64,000 nucleotides of DNA from an uncultured Clostridia bacterium (GCA_944393465.1 CALYAG010000001.1:1709-65708), one strand, 5' to 3'. Positions 29,618 to 40,750 are shown, counted from the stretch's first letter. The notes: generated from the letters alone by a model not told the origin. Program-made: numbers and translations.

Positions 29618-29764
29618 CATTTTGATAACTCTATTGACTTTTTGCAAGCATTAATTATATAATAAGACCATAAAATTAAAGAAAAGAAGCAATGTGCAAT
29701 TTTGCAACCAATATAATTTAAGCATTAAACTACACATCTTCTTGAGAAAGGAAAGTAATAAAAA

Positions 29765-30694
29765 ATGGAAAATAAAGTTTTAGTTACAGGACACAAAAAT
29801 CCAGACACAGATTCAATTTGTTCTAGCATAGTAATGGCTAATTTAGCAAAACATTATGGAGTAGATTGCAAGCCAGTAAGACTTGGAAATTTAAATAAAG
29901 AAACAGAATATGTATTCAAGCACTTAAATATGGAAGCACCAGAATTAATTGAAAAAGTAGATGAGGGTCAAAAGCTAATTTTAGTTGACCACAATGAAAA
30001 AGCTCAAAGCGTAGAAGGTAGAGAAAATGCAAAAATCTTAGCAGTAATTGATCACCACAGAATAGCAGATTTTGAAACAAATGAGCCACTTTATTATTTA
30101 GCAAAACCTTATGGCTGTACATCAACACTTCTTTTTGAAGAATACAAAAAGGCAGGCTTAGAAATAGATAAAGTTATGGGTACATTAATGCTTAGTGCAA
30201 TAGTATCTGACACATTACTTCTAAAATCTCCTACTTGCACAGAAAAAGATGTAAAAGCTGTAGAAGAGTTAGAAGAGATTACAGGACTAAAAGCAAGTGA
30301 ATATGGACTAGATATGCTAAAAGCAGGAACAGATTTAAGTACATATTCAAGTCAAGAAGTTATAAACTTGGATGCAAAAGAGTACGAAAAAAATGGCAAG
30401 AAAATAGTAATTTCACAAGTAAATACAGCAGATATTGATGATGTTTTCTCAAGAAGAGAAGAACTAGAATTTGCAATGGAAAAAGAAATTGCAGAGAAAA
30501 AGCTAGACTTATTTATATTTGTTATAACAGATATTATAAATACAAGTTCAAAAATAATAGCACTTGGAGCTGATAAAGAGCTTACAGAAAAAGCTTTTGG
30601 CAAAAAGCTTGATGAATTCGATTCAATGATGCTAGAAGGCGTTGTTTCAAGAAAGAAGCAAATAGCTCCACCATTACTAGAAGTAATAGATTAA
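29765..30694 (+). CDS. ppaC: manganese-dependent inorganic pyrophosphatase (family II)
   Basis: 309 aa. Contains GHKNPDTDSICS, VDHNE, IDHHR and SDTLL..SPT. Confidence 0.95.
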   Translation: MENKVLVTGHKNPDTDSICSSIVMANLAKHYGVDCKPVRLGNLNKETEYVFKHLNMEAPELIEKVDEGQKLILVDHNEKAQSVEGRENAKILAVIDHHRIADFETNEPLYYLAKPYGCTSTLLFEEYKKAGLEIDKVMGTLMLSAIVSDTLLLKSPTCTEKDVKAVEELEEITGLKASEYGLDMLKAGTDLSTYSSQEVINLDAKEYEKNGKKIVISQVNTADIDDVFSRREELEFAMEKEIAEKKLDLFIFVITDIINTSSKIIALGADKELTEKAFGKKLDEFDSMMLEGVVSRKKQIAPPLLEVID

Positions 30695-30792
30695 AGACCG
30701 ATTTTAGCGTTAGTGTTAAATTTATGTAGGCAAAATATAAAAATTGCCTACATTTATTTAACACACTTTTTTTATTTTTTCTCAAAAATCTC

Positions 30793-30821
30793 TTGACATA
30801 CCATAAATTACCATATATAAT
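30793..30821 (+). promoter_or_regulatory. consensus sigma-A promoter of the MucBP surface protein gene
   Basis: TTGACA (30793-30798), 17-nt spacer, TATAAT (30816-30821). Confidence 0.6.
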
Positions 30822-30971
30822 AATACCACAATTTGGTATTTGCCTTGTTGAATAAACAATTAGTTTTCTATTCAACAAAACTGCATTCATTCTTAAAGTA
30901 CAATAATTAATCAAATTATTGTGTTTTCCACTTACTTACTAAATTAATATTTCAAAAGGAGGTGCTTGCCT

Positions 30972-32747
30972 ATGCACAAAAAATCTAAACTAATGACAAT
31001 TTTATTCATCCTAATTCTTGCCATGGCTACTACTGCAATTTATTTGCAAATGACAAATTCAAAAATTAAAATAAGCGAAAAGCAAATGCAGTCAAAAGGT
31101 GAAAAGGTAGCTATAGAGGCAAAATCAACAAAAGATTGTAATGTAAAATTATATCAAAAAACCGAAGATGAAAATGAATTTACAGAAGTAAAAACAAAAG
31201 TTGAAAATCAAGGCATTTTAAGTACTAAAAGCACTTTTGAACTAGATACAAAAGACACCTCCAAGCCAAATAATGTAACTAACATTAAGCCAGTTATAAC
31301 AGATGATTACATAATAATTAGTTTTACACCAGCAACCGACAATGCCACATTATATGAATATTATTTAGAAACTCAAACAGAAGGTACAAATAGCACTAAT
31401 GCACCAGAAAATGTTAAATCAGATGTCACAAAAATATATAGTGACTCAGGCATAAAAGGCTATAATTACATTATTGATAATAGCAAAGATACAGAAGCAG
31501 GACTTGAAGTAAACAAAACAAATGATGAACCAATATTATATACAGGTATAGAGTGGGACAAGGACTATTATTTGCATATTAGAGCAATAGATAATAGTGG
31601 AAATTATTCAAACAATATTACATATAAAATAGATTTGCCTTCAAAAGGTGTAATGCTAAAATATATTGATTTGAACACAAAAACTGAAATTTCCCCTGAA
31701 GAAACTATTATAGGCATTGTAAATGAAAAATATAATATAAGTTCATTTAATAAAGATATAAGTGGTTTCAAATTAGTTGGTATAGATGGCGAAACAGAAG
31801 GCAAACTCAAGAAAGAGAGAATTAATGTGAAATATAATTATGCAAAAAATGCAAGTATCACAGTAAAATATGTAGATAAAACAGGTGCAAAGCTACTAGA
31901 ACCTACTGTTATTGATGGTTACGAAGGAAAAGAATACAGCATTTACCCTAAAAAAATTGATGGGTATGTTTGTGAAATGCAAAATTTAAACGGAAAAATG
32001 AATGCAGGAGACGAAGAAAGAGTACTAACTTACAACAAATTGGGAACAGTAACAACTTCATATGTAAATGAAATTACAGGTGAAAACATAGAAAATGATG
32101 TTGTTATTACAAGTGCATTTGGACAAGCATATAAAACAGAAGAAAAATCTATTGAAGGATATGAACTATCTAAGGTAGAAGGCGAAACAGAAGGCATAAT
32201 TAATTCAGACAATATTAGTGTAACATATTACTACAAAAAGAAAGTAAATATGAAAGTTAAGTATGTAGACATAACAACAAATAAATTACTTGATGAAGAA
32301 GTAATTAATGGCTTAGAAGGTGACAAAGTTGAAGTAAAAGCAAAAGAATTTGATGGATATGTACTAACACTAAAAGAAAACTCTTTAAATGAAAATAAAG
32401 GAGATTTAATAAAAAATGGCATAGAATACAGTCAAGAAAATACTTTAATTGAAAAATCAAAAATACAGGAAGAAGAAGTTAACTATGAAGCTAGTAATGA
32501 AACTGATGATGAAACAAACTTAGACACATCAAATATTGATTCAAATGAAAATGAGTATTTAGCTGAAAATGAAAAGACAAATATTGTTGAAGAGTTATTA
32601 GCTGGAAATTACGAAAATGATGAAGATTATGAGAATACAGAAGAAACTTCAAATGAGCATCTAGAAGAATACAATATCAAACAGGAATATGATATTGTTT
32701 TAGATCCAAAAGAAACAGAATACATCATTTATTATAGGAAAAAATAA
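30972..32747 (+). CDS. secreted/surface protein with MucBP-like repeats
   Basis: ATG after an AAGGAGG RBS and an N-terminal TM/signal sequence. Four repeats of the type KYVD..T.K.L.....I.G.EG..Y......IDGY are present, followed by an acidic C-terminal tail. No LPXTG motif seen. Confidence 0.7.
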   Translation: MHKKSKLMTILFILILAMATTAIYLQMTNSKIKISEKQMQSKGEKVAIEAKSTKDCNVKLYQKTEDENEFTEVKTKVENQGILSTKSTFELDTKDTSKPNNVTNIKPVITDDYIIISFTPATDNATLYEYYLETQTEGTNSTNAPENVKSDVTKIYSDSGIKGYNYIIDNSKDTEAGLEVNKTNDEPILYTGIEWDKDYYLHIRAIDNSGNYSNNITYKIDLPSKGVMLKYIDLNTKTEISPEETIIGIVNEKYNISSFNKDISGFKLVGIDGETEGKLKKERINVKYNYAKNASITVKYVDKTGAKLLEPTVIDGYEGKEYSIYPKKIDGYVCEMQNLNGKMNAGDEERVLTYNKLGTVTTSYVNEITGENIENDVVITSAFGQAYKTEEKSIEGYELSKVEGETEGIINSDNISVTYYYKKKVNMKVKYVDITTNKLLDEEVINGLEGDKVEVKAKEFDGYVLTLKENSLNENKGDLIKNGIEYSQENTLIEKSKIQEEEVNYEASNETDDETNLDTSNIDSNENEYLAENEKTNIVEELLAGNYENDEDYENTEETSNEHLEEYNIKQEYDIVLDPKETEYIIYYRKK

Positions 32748-32908
32748 TTTAGATTTAATTTGGTATATATTATAACGGAATATTTTCCATTTACTCCCAA
32801 AACAAAAGCCTTAAATTTATAAGGCTTTTGTTTGAAATTATATTAAAATTAAAGACTCTGACAATTTTACATGACTGTATCTTAGGTCGATATAAAAACA
32901 TTAAGCAA

Positions 32909-33910
32909 TTAATCATTTTGGCTGAGCTCAGGTAGCACAGGGCAAATTCTTTTATATGTATTCAAATCATCTGCCATTAAGTACATATGAGCTTTACGCC
33001 TGTAACTTAAAAATGGAGAGATTTTTTCTTCCTTTTCTTTAACAATTTGCATAAACATTTTATACATATTATCTGCATTTATCAAGGGTTTATTGTTGCA
33101 TATAGCATCATAAAATTCATTTTGGATATTTTTTAAAATATCATATTGACAATAAATCTCTAAATTTGGGTATAATTTCATAATGCGTATATCCCTGTTT
33201 ATTAGAGAAGAGTTAGAAAAAGCTTCTGATGTTTTGCAATGGTAAGCTGGCATATTAACAAAAGCAGTTTTTTTACTTAATTCTATTAATCTAACAACTA
33301 CATCGGAATTATCATCTGAAAATTTAATAGAATTAAATAGCTCTTTTTTAAACAATATTCCACAAACAGTATTTGTCAATGTTTTTCCGAGTAACAATTG
33401 TCTAATAGCATCTTCATGTGACAAAGTAATTACAGTATTGCTACTTGAAGAATAGTTGCCAGAGGTATTTATAGCCCTTGAAGAAACATTAGCATTTGAA
33501 GTGTTGCTTGAAGATGGATAAATGTAAGTTTTAGGTTGTTCACTGCCAAAGCTTAAAGAACACATAGCAATATCTACAGGGTAGTTTTGCATCATTTTGT
33601 ATAAAGTTTCTATCATATCATTTTTTATAGTGTCAGAACCATTTACAAAAGTTACATATTTGCCAGTAGCCATGTCTAAGCCAATATTTCTGCTATCACC
33701 AAGGCCAGAATGCATTCTATGTACTAACTTCATTTTAGAACTTGTTAAAACCAAATCATCACAAATTTTGGCTGAGCCATCTGTTGAACCATCATCTATT
33801 AAAATAATTTCAAGGTTCCTATAGGTTTGTCCAATTAAAGAAATGATGCAATCTTTTAAATTCTTTTCATCATTGTATATACTAACTATTACACTAACTA
33901 AATCATTCAT
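32909..33910 (-). CDS. glycosyltransferase family 2
   Basis: N-terminus VSVIVSIYNDEKNLKDCI.SL..QTY.NLEIILIDDGSTDGS. Confidence 0.8.
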   Translation of the reverse strand: MNDLVSVIVSIYNDEKNLKDCIISLIGQTYRNLEIILIDDGSTDGSAKICDDLVLTSSKMKLVHRMHSGLGDSRNIGLDMATGKYVTFVNGSDTIKNDMIETLYKMMQNYPVDIAMCSLSFGSEQPKTYIYPSSSNTSNANVSSRAINTSGNYSSSSNTVITLSHEDAIRQLLLGKTLTNTVCGILFKKELFNSIKFSDDNSDVVVRLIELSKKTAFVNMPAYHCKTSEAFSNSSLINRDIRIMKLYPNLEIYCQYDILKNIQNEFYDAICNNKPLINADNMYKMFMQIVKEKEEKISPFLSYRRKAHMYLMADDLNTYKRICPVLPELSQND

Positions 33911-34070
33911 AATTTACTCCTTTTTAAAAACAAGTTTGATTAAAAGCTTGTAATTATTTTTTGTAGCAATTAAATTATACCAATAAGTTAATAAATTTAA
34001 AAGAGGTTAATAGATTTTTATAAAGATTAATAAAGAATTAAAAATTTACATAAATTTTAAAAAAAACTAA

Positions 34071-34099
34071 TTGACATATGTTTAGCAAGTATATATAAT
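34071..34099 (+). promoter_or_regulatory. consensus promoter of the ABC exporter operon
   Basis: TTGACA (34071-34076), 17-nt spacer, TATAAT (34094-34099). Confidence 0.6.
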
Positions 34100-34146
34100 T
34101 ACAAAATACGGAAAAATAAATTTTAGCAGAAAGGGGTAGTAAAGTT

Positions 34147-36402
34147 ATGCTAAAAGTGTTAAAAAACCTAAAAGAATCAGCTTTATTAGTAATTGCAATA
34201 TTCATCTTACTTTGCATACAAGCTGCATGTGACTTGAACTTGCCAGACTTTACATCGAAAATTGTAAATACTGGTATTCAGCAAGGTGGCATAGAATATG
34301 CAGTGCCAGATGTAATTAGGTCTAGTGAACTAGATAATTTAATGTATTTTACAGATGCAGATGATGAAATAAAAAGCAATTATGAGCTTATGGAAAAAAC
34401 AGATGACAATTTAGAAGAATATCCAGAATTACAAAATGAAGATATTTACAAATTGAAAAATTTATCAAAAGAGGAAAAAACAAATTTAGAAAGCTTGATG
34501 GCAAAGCCACTCGCAATTGTTTATCAACAGCCAGACATAATTGATTTAATAAAGCAAATGCCAGATACACAAAGGCAAGCTGTTTTAAATCAAATAGACG
34601 CAACTTTAAGCACAATGTCAGATTCAATTATAGAGCAAGCAGCAATTCAAGCAGTAAAAAGTGAATATGGCTCTATTGGAGTAGATTTAGATAGTTTACA
34701 AAATAAATACATACTTATAGTTGGACTTCAAATGGCGGGAGTTGCCTTTTTAAGTATGCTTTCAGCTGTAACAATAATGTTCCTATCATCAAGAGTAGCA
34801 GCAAAACTTGGCAAAACTTTAAGAGAAAAATTATTCAAAAAAGTGCTAAGCTTTTCAACAGCAGAATTTAATAGATTCTCAACAGCGTCACTTATTACAA
34901 GAAGTACAAACGATGTGCAACAAATACAACAATTAATTACAATGCTATTTAGAGTAGTTGTATATGCTCCTATAATGGGAATTGGTGGTGTTTTAAGAGT
35001 TATAAGAACAGGCACACTTTCTATGGCTTGGGTTATAGCTTTAGCAGTTGTCTTAGTTATTGCAATTGTTTTGGTTCTATTTATAGTAGCAATGCCTAAG
35101 TTTAGAAAAATGCAAGATTTAATAGATAGATTAAATTTAGTTGCAAGAGAAATTTTAACAGGTTTACCAGTTATAAGGGCTTTTAATACTCAAAAAAGAG
35201 AAGAAAGCAGATTTGATGAAGCTAATACAAACTTAATGAAAAACAGTGTATTTGTAAACAAAGCAATGAGTTTGATGATGCCAGCAATGATGTTCACAAT
35301 GCAAGGAGTTATGATACTTATTATTTGGGTTGGTGGACACAGTGTAGACCAAGGTATTATGCAAGTTGGAGATATGATGGCATTTTTACAATACACAATG
35401 CAAATAGTAATGTCATTCCTAATGATTTCAATTATCTCAATAATGCTACCAAGAGCATCAGTTTCTGCAAATCGTATTAATGAAGTGTTAGAAACAGAAC
35501 CTCAAATAGAAGATAAACCAGTAAATGAACAAGCAAAATTCGATGAAAACAAAAAAGGCTTGGTCGAATTCAAAAATGTTTCATTTAGGTATCCTGATGC
35601 AGATACGGAAATACTTGAAGATATAGACTTTACAGCTGAAGCTGGTAAAACAACTGCAATTATAGGAAGTACAGGTAGTGGTAAGTCTACATTAGTTAAT
35701 TTGATACCAAGATTTTATGATGTTACAGGTGGAGAATTACTTGTTGATGGAGCAAACATTAAAGACGTATCACAAAAAGATTTAAGAAGTAGAATAGGTT
35801 TTGTACCACAAAAAGGTTTGCTATTCTCTGGAACTATTGAATCTAACATCAAATATGGTAAAGATAACATTTCAGACGAAGAAATGGTAAAAGCAGCATC
35901 AATTGCACAAGCAACTGAATTTATTGAAAAGAAAGAAGAAGGATACAAATCACCAATTGCACAAGGTGGTAATAACGTATCAGGTGGTCAAAAGCAGCGT
36001 TTATCTATAGCAAGAGCGTTAGCAATTGACCCAGAAATATATGTATTTGATGACAGTTTCTCTGCATTAGACTTAAAAACAGATAAGGCTTTAAGAGAGG
36101 CATTACATGAACAAACTGAGAATAAGACAGTAATAATAGTTGCACAAAGAATAAGTACAATAATGGATGCAGACCAAATTATAGTTCTTGAAGAAGGAAA
36201 AATTGTTGGAAAAGGTACACATGAGGAATTGCTAAAAAATTGCGAAACATATAGGCAAATAGCTTTATCTCAACTTTCAGCAGAAGAGTTAAATCTTGAA
36301 GAAGAAAAGAAAGAAGAAAAAAATAAGCAAAATGAAGATTCTTTAAATATAAAAAATAAAGAGCAAGACTCAAAAAATCAAAATGGAAAGGTAGGTGAGT
36401 AG
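34147..36402 (+). CDS. ABC transporter permease/ATP-binding protein (heterodimeric exporter subunit 1, with a long extracytoplasmic insert)
   Basis: Walker A GSTGSGKST, signature VSGGQKQRL, Walker B YVFDDSFSALD. A roughly 150-aa insert follows TM1, and the tail is K/E-rich. Confidence 0.9.
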   Translation: MLKVLKNLKESALLVIAIFILLCIQAACDLNLPDFTSKIVNTGIQQGGIEYAVPDVIRSSELDNLMYFTDADDEIKSNYELMEKTDDNLEEYPELQNEDIYKLKNLSKEEKTNLESLMAKPLAIVYQQPDIIDLIKQMPDTQRQAVLNQIDATLSTMSDSIIEQAAIQAVKSEYGSIGVDLDSLQNKYILIVGLQMAGVAFLSMLSAVTIMFLSSRVAAKLGKTLREKLFKKVLSFSTAEFNRFSTASLITRSTNDVQQIQQLITMLFRVVVYAPIMGIGGVLRVIRTGTLSMAWVIALAVVLVIAIVLVLFIVAMPKFRKMQDLIDRLNLVAREILTGLPVIRAFNTQKREESRFDEANTNLMKNSVFVNKAMSLMMPAMMFTMQGVMILIIWVGGHSVDQGIMQVGDMMAFLQYTMQIVMSFLMISIISIMLPRASVSANRINEVLETEPQIEDKPVNEQAKFDENKKGLVEFKNVSFRYPDADTEILEDIDFTAEAGKTTAIIGSTGSGKSTLVNLIPRFYDVTGGELLVDGANIKDVSQKDLRSRIGFVPQKGLLFSGTIESNIKYGKDNISDEEMVKAASIAQATEFIEKKEEGYKSPIAQGGNNVSGGQKQRLSIARALAIDPEIYVFDDSFSALDLKTDKALREALHEQTENKTVIIVAQRISTIMDADQIIVLEEGKIVGKGTHEELLKNCETYRQIALSQLSAEELNLEEEKKEEKNKQNEDSLNIKNKEQDSKNQNGKVGE

Positions 36403-36403
36403 C

Positions 36404-38233
36404 ATGCCAGGACCAATGGGAGGAATGAGAAGAGGCGGCGGAAGAGCCCCAGAAAAAGCAAAAGATTTTAAAGGTACTGTAAAAAAATTAATAAAAAATT
36501 ATCTAGCTCCATTTAAGTGGCAGATAATAATTGTATTAATATTTTCTATTGGTAGTACTATATTTTCAATAGTTGGACCAAAAATACTAGGTAATGCCAC
36601 TACCGAAATATATAATGGACTTATAAGTAAGCTTTCAGGTGGAAGCGGAATAAACTTTGAAGCAATTGCTAATATTTTAATTACCCTTTTAGTATTATAT
36701 GCGGTAAGTATGGCCTTTTCTGCAATACAAGGATTTGTAATGACAAATGTTGCACAAAAAGTCAGCTACAAAGTTCGTAATGATTTAATTGCAAAAATAA
36801 ATAAATTACCAATGAGATTTTTTGATAAAAGAACAAATGGTGAAATTTTATCAGTAATTTCAAACGACGTTGATATGCTTTCACAAAACTTAAACCAGAG
36901 CATAACTCAAATAATTACAGCAGTTTGCACTGTAGTTGGCATACTTATAATGATGTTATCAATAAGCTGGGAAATGACTATACTTGCAATATTAATTTTA
37001 CCAATAACAATAATAGTAGTAAGCATTATTGCAAAAAAATCACAAAAATACTTCAAAGCTCAACAAGACCATTTAGGATACTTGGATGGCCAAGTAGAAG
37101 AAATTTATGGTGGACATTTAATTGTAAAAGCATTTAATAGTGAAGAAAAAGTATTTAAGGCATTTGACGAAGAAAATGATAATTTATATCGTTCAGGATG
37201 GAAATCTCAATTTTTGTCAGGCTTAATGCATCCAGTTATGAACTTTATAGGAAATATTGCATATGTTGGAGTAGCAATACTTGGTGGATATTTAGCAGCA
37301 CAGGGACAAATTACAGTTGGTAATATTCAATCATTTATACAATACATGAGACAATTTACACAACCTATATCTCAAATAGCTCAAATTTCTGGAATGCTTC
37401 AAACAATGGTAGCAGCTGCAGAAAGAGTATTTGAATTCTTAGATGAACAAGAAGAGCTACCTGATGTAGCAAATCCTAAATCTATAGAAGGACTTAAAGG
37501 CAATGTAAAATTTGACCATGTAGAATTTGGTTATGATGATGACAACATAATAATACATGACTTTAATGCAAATGTTCATGATGGACAAAAAATAGCAATA
37601 GTTGGACCAACTGGAGCTGGAAAAACAACCATGGTTAAACTTTTGATGAGGTTCTATGATGTTAATTCTGGAGGAATATATGTTGATGGAAACAATATAA
37701 AAGACTTTAAGCGTGGAGATTTAAGAAAAATGTTTGGAATGGTACTTCAAGACACATGGCTATTTAGCGGAAGCATTAAAGATAATATACGTTATGGAAA
37801 GCCAGATGCAACTGACAATGAAGTAATTGAAGCAGCAAAAGCAGCGCACGTACATCATTTTATTAAAACATTGCCAAACTCTTATGACATGGTACTTAAT
37901 GAAGAGACATCAAACATTTCTGCAGGACAAAAGCAACTTCTTACAATAGCTCGTGTAATATTAACTAATCCAAAGATTTTAATATTAGATGAAGCTACAT
38001 CAAGCATAGATACTAGAACAGAGATACAAATTCAATCAGCAATGGATAATTTGATGAAGGGCAGAACAAGTTTTATAATTGCTCATAGATTATCTACAAT
38101 AAAAAACGCCGACCTAATATTGGTTATGGAACACGGAGATATTGTAGAACAAGGAACTCATGATGAGCTTTTGGCAAAAAATGGAGCGTATGCGAGATTA
38201 TATAACTCACAATTCGACGAAGAAGAAGAGTAG
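36404..38233 (+). CDS. ABC transporter permease/ATP-binding protein (exporter subunit 2)
   Basis: Walker A GPTGAGKTT, signature ISAGQKQLL, Walker B LILDEATSSID. The start overlaps or abuts the stop of subunit 1. Confidence 0.9.
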   Translation: MPGPMGGMRRGGGRAPEKAKDFKGTVKKLIKNYLAPFKWQIIIVLIFSIGSTIFSIVGPKILGNATTEIYNGLISKLSGGSGINFEAIANILITLLVLYAVSMAFSAIQGFVMTNVAQKVSYKVRNDLIAKINKLPMRFFDKRTNGEILSVISNDVDMLSQNLNQSITQIITAVCTVVGILIMMLSISWEMTILAILILPITIIVVSIIAKKSQKYFKAQQDHLGYLDGQVEEIYGGHLIVKAFNSEEKVFKAFDEENDNLYRSGWKSQFLSGLMHPVMNFIGNIAYVGVAILGGYLAAQGQITVGNIQSFIQYMRQFTQPISQIAQISGMLQTMVAAAERVFEFLDEQEELPDVANPKSIEGLKGNVKFDHVEFGYDDDNIIIHDFNANVHDGQKIAIVGPTGAGKTTMVKLLMRFYDVNSGGIYVDGNNIKDFKRGDLRKMFGMVLQDTWLFSGSIKDNIRYGKPDATDNEVIEAAKAAHVHHFIKTLPNSYDMVLNEETSNISAGQKQLLTIARVILTNPKILILDEATSSIDTRTEIQIQSAMDNLMKGRTSFIIAHRLSTIKNADLILVMEHGDIVEQGTHDELLAKNGAYARLYNSQFDEEEE

Positions 38234-38462
38234 AATTAATACAAAGATGTATACTCCTAAAAAGAGTATTTCAGATCTTAAACATTATAGCTTATAAAAG
38301 AAAAGCTTTGTAAAATTTTCTAATCATAATAAAATAAATTTAACAGAAGATGCACCCACAAAAGTGAGCGCATCTTCTTTTGGTTTGCAGTTGTTTCTAA
38401 AAAGCAAAGGCTAATTCACCTTAAAACAAAAGGAAGTAGCTATGCTTTATTAGAATTAGCTT

Positions 38463-38732
38463 TTAGAAAATAAAAGCAACAACTGCAATGATGGCTGCAA
38501 TTCCAATCAAAAACGGGAACAAACAACCACCGCATCCACCTCGCCTATAAGGCGGAGGAGGTGGGGGTGGACCACCCCACATTGGACCACGAGGAGGGGG
38601 ACCTCCGAACCCACGTGGAGGTCCATGATGGAATCCTCCGGAACCATGATGAGGCCCTCCAAAGCCACCGTGAAAATGCGGACCACCAGCAGGTCCATGA
38701 GGAGGTCCACCAAAACCACCGTGCATAGGCAT
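38463..38732 (-). CDS. Gly/Pro/His-rich tail-anchored small protein
   Basis: 89 aa: MPMHGGFGGPPHGPAGGPHFHGGFGGPHHGSGGFHHGPP...PPPPPPPYRRGGCGGC followed by a TM helix, LFPFLIGIAAIIAVVAFIF. Gly/Pro codons explain the local GC spike. Confidence 0.5.
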   Translation of the reverse strand: MPMHGGFGGPPHGPAGGPHFHGGFGGPHHGSGGFHHGPPRGFGGPPPRGPMWGGPPPPPPPYRRGGCGGCLFPFLIGIAAIIAVVAFIF

Positions 38733-39015
38733 GAAATCACAACCTTTCTAAAATATTACACAAAAAGTGTAACAATATTATAGCACTTTTTTATATGAAA
38801 ATCAAAGTGCTTGTCAAGAATACTGTGTAAATTTTTCCCATAATTAATGAATTTATTTCCTAAAAGTGCAAGCAAATATATATTGGAACTTTTATAAAAA
38901 TCTGTTTTAAAAATAAAAAATGGAAAAGATAGTAATTAGGTTGACGAAATTAACAAAAAGTATTATAATTATAAGTACCGTTTTTTGAAAAAAGCTTTTG
39001 AAGGAGGAATTGAAA

Positions 39016-39459
39016 ATGAAAAGACGGTTTTATGTTTCAGTGTTGGACACCGATGAAAGAAAGGTCATTCTAACTGGAGATATGCTACCTATTGATATTG
39101 TGGTAGAAAATAACAAACACGTTACATTTGATGTAGAGTCTAATAAAGAAATAGAAAAAGACCAAATACTCTATGAAGAAAGACCGGAAGAAATCTATTT
39201 AACAATTATGAAAAATGGTAATACCATTAAAGGGCTCACAAAGGTTACTATAGATAGAAATCATGATTTTATAGTATCTTATGGTAGTTATAATTGTAAA
39301 TATGATTCTAAGAAAAAAACTTTAAGGATCCTATGTTGGAAAAATGAAAAGATGATAGATCAAACATTTCATGGGTCCATTAGAAGAATCCATATTGGCA
39401 ACTTTGTGAAGGTATCTTTCTTTAATGGTGGAACGGTAAAATTCGACATAAACTCCTGA
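39016..39459 (+). CDS. hypothetical protein
   Basis: ATG after a GAAGGAGG RBS. No recognisable motifs. It contains an in-frame CGG codon at 39025-39027. Confidence 0.45.
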   Translation: MKRRFYVSVLDTDERKVILTGDMLPIDIVVENNKHVTFDVESNKEIEKDQILYEERPEEIYLTIMKNGNTIKGLTKVTIDRNHDFIVSYGSYNCKYDSKKKTLRILCWKNEKMIDQTFHGSIRRIHIGNFVKVSFFNGGTVKFDINS

Positions 39460-39590
39460 AAAGCAATCCATTATGCAGTAATGAGGCTACTCATATTGCA
39501 TAATGGTAATTTTATTGAATAGAAAAAATCAAGTTTTTTTATTATGCAAAAATAAAATGCCACTACACTAATTTGCAGTGGCATTTTTGG

Positions 39591-39673
39591 TGGTGCCGTT
39601 GGTGGGACTCGAACCCACATGATTTCTCGCAGCATTTTGAGTGCTGTGCGTATACCAATTTCGCCACAACGGC
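39591..39673 (-). tRNA. tRNA-Leu (anticodon CAA)
   Basis: Manual cloverleaf: acceptor GCCGTTG/CAACGGC, anticodon stem CAGCA/TGCTG with loop CT-CAA-AA, a long variable arm, T-loop GGTTCGAGTCC, and an encoded CCA. Confidence 0.9.
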
Positions 39674-39852
39674 ATAAATTATTGAAACTACTTTAATATA
39701 ATAGCATATTTTAAATTAAAAGTCTAGTTAAATAATGAAAAAATTAATAAATTATGAAATAAAATTTATTAAAAAAATATTTTAAATAGAGATAAAAATT
39801 TTATTATTAATTGACTTAAATTCAAATTATTATTATAATAACAAAAACAGTA

Positions 39853-40662
39853 ATGGAAGGAATGAAATTTACTATGGATAAAGATATAGAGAAATATGCA
39901 GCAGCAAAAACTATTTTGGGTTTTAATCTTTTAGCTAATAGAGCTAAAAGAGCTGATGGGACAGTTGACAAAGCAAAATTGGACGAATTGCTAAAAGAAA
40001 AATATGAAAATATAAGAGAAAGTATTATGAAAAGAAAAGAAGAATCTCCAGATTTATCTGAAAAATTAGATCATGATTTGCAAGAAATAGGATACTTATA
40101 TTCTCTAATTAAAGATGAAGATTCAAGAAAAGAATATGATGTTTTAACGAAACAAGAAGTGTATGCAAAAAATTTACCTTTAAATCCAGAAGAAGTAAAA
40201 ACAGGAATTATAAGAAATTTTAATTCTAAATATTCTAAAGAAAGATGGTATCAATTCGAAGTTTCACCAAATGGAGAAAATACAAAGCAAATATTAGTCA
40301 TACCAAAGAGAAATTATCAATATACAACTCAGTTAGGTGTTATAGCATACTTAAATGAATATGAAATAGTAAAAAATATTGCTGGCATTGATATGCATTT
40401 TGATGTTACAACTAATACTAGGTTTGATGAAGTAGACAGAATAATTCATTTGGATAGGCCATTATCTGATAAAGAGAAAGAATATATTAGTTTATTTAAT
40501 AAGCAAATGTCAGATTTGCATTTAAGAACCTGTCAAAGAAAGTTTAACGGATATATTGGTACCGTTGAAAATAATTTGAATGGCACTATATTTGACATGA
40601 ATGATGAAGATTTAGCTACTACTAAATTAATAAGACAAAAAGAACAAGATTTGGAAAGATAA
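39853..40662 (+). CDS. hypothetical protein
   Basis: 269-aa ORF. The start is uncertain (39853, 39862 or 39874). I recognise no family. Confidence 0.45.
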   Translation: MEGMKFTMDKDIEKYAAAKTILGFNLLANRAKRADGTVDKAKLDELLKEKYENIRESIMKRKEESPDLSEKLDHDLQEIGYLYSLIKDEDSRKEYDVLTKQEVYAKNLPLNPEEVKTGIIRNFNSKYSKERWYQFEVSPNGENTKQILVIPKRNYQYTTQLGVIAYLNEYEIVKNIAGIDMHFDVTTNTRFDEVDRIIHLDRPLSDKEKEYISLFNKQMSDLHLRTCQRKFNGYIGTVENNLNGTIFDMNDEDLATTKLIRQKEQDLER

Positions 40663-40750
40663 AGTTAAGTTTATATATTTTTCTATTTAAGGCTTCAATA
40701 TACATTCTTCCACATTTATAAAATGTAATATAAATTTTTTTAAATATCAC

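Noticed and set aside
38463-38732. The GC spike as horizontally transferred DNA or an rRNA/ncRNA fragment
   Set aside because: It is fully explained by GGN/CCN codon content of a Gly/Pro-rich ORF, with clear start, stop and TM tail.
38507-38740. 77-aa ORF overlapping the Gly/Pro-rich gene in another frame
   Set aside because: It is a by-product of the same GC-rich, stop-poor segment. The 38463-38732 frame has a start with an RBS, a periodic repeat logic and a terminal TM helix. The alternative frame has none of these.
39853-40662. Possible J-domain (DnaJ-like) protein, because of EDSRKEYD-type sequence
   Set aside because: No HPD tripeptide or other J-domain hallmarks are present. I left it as hypothetical.
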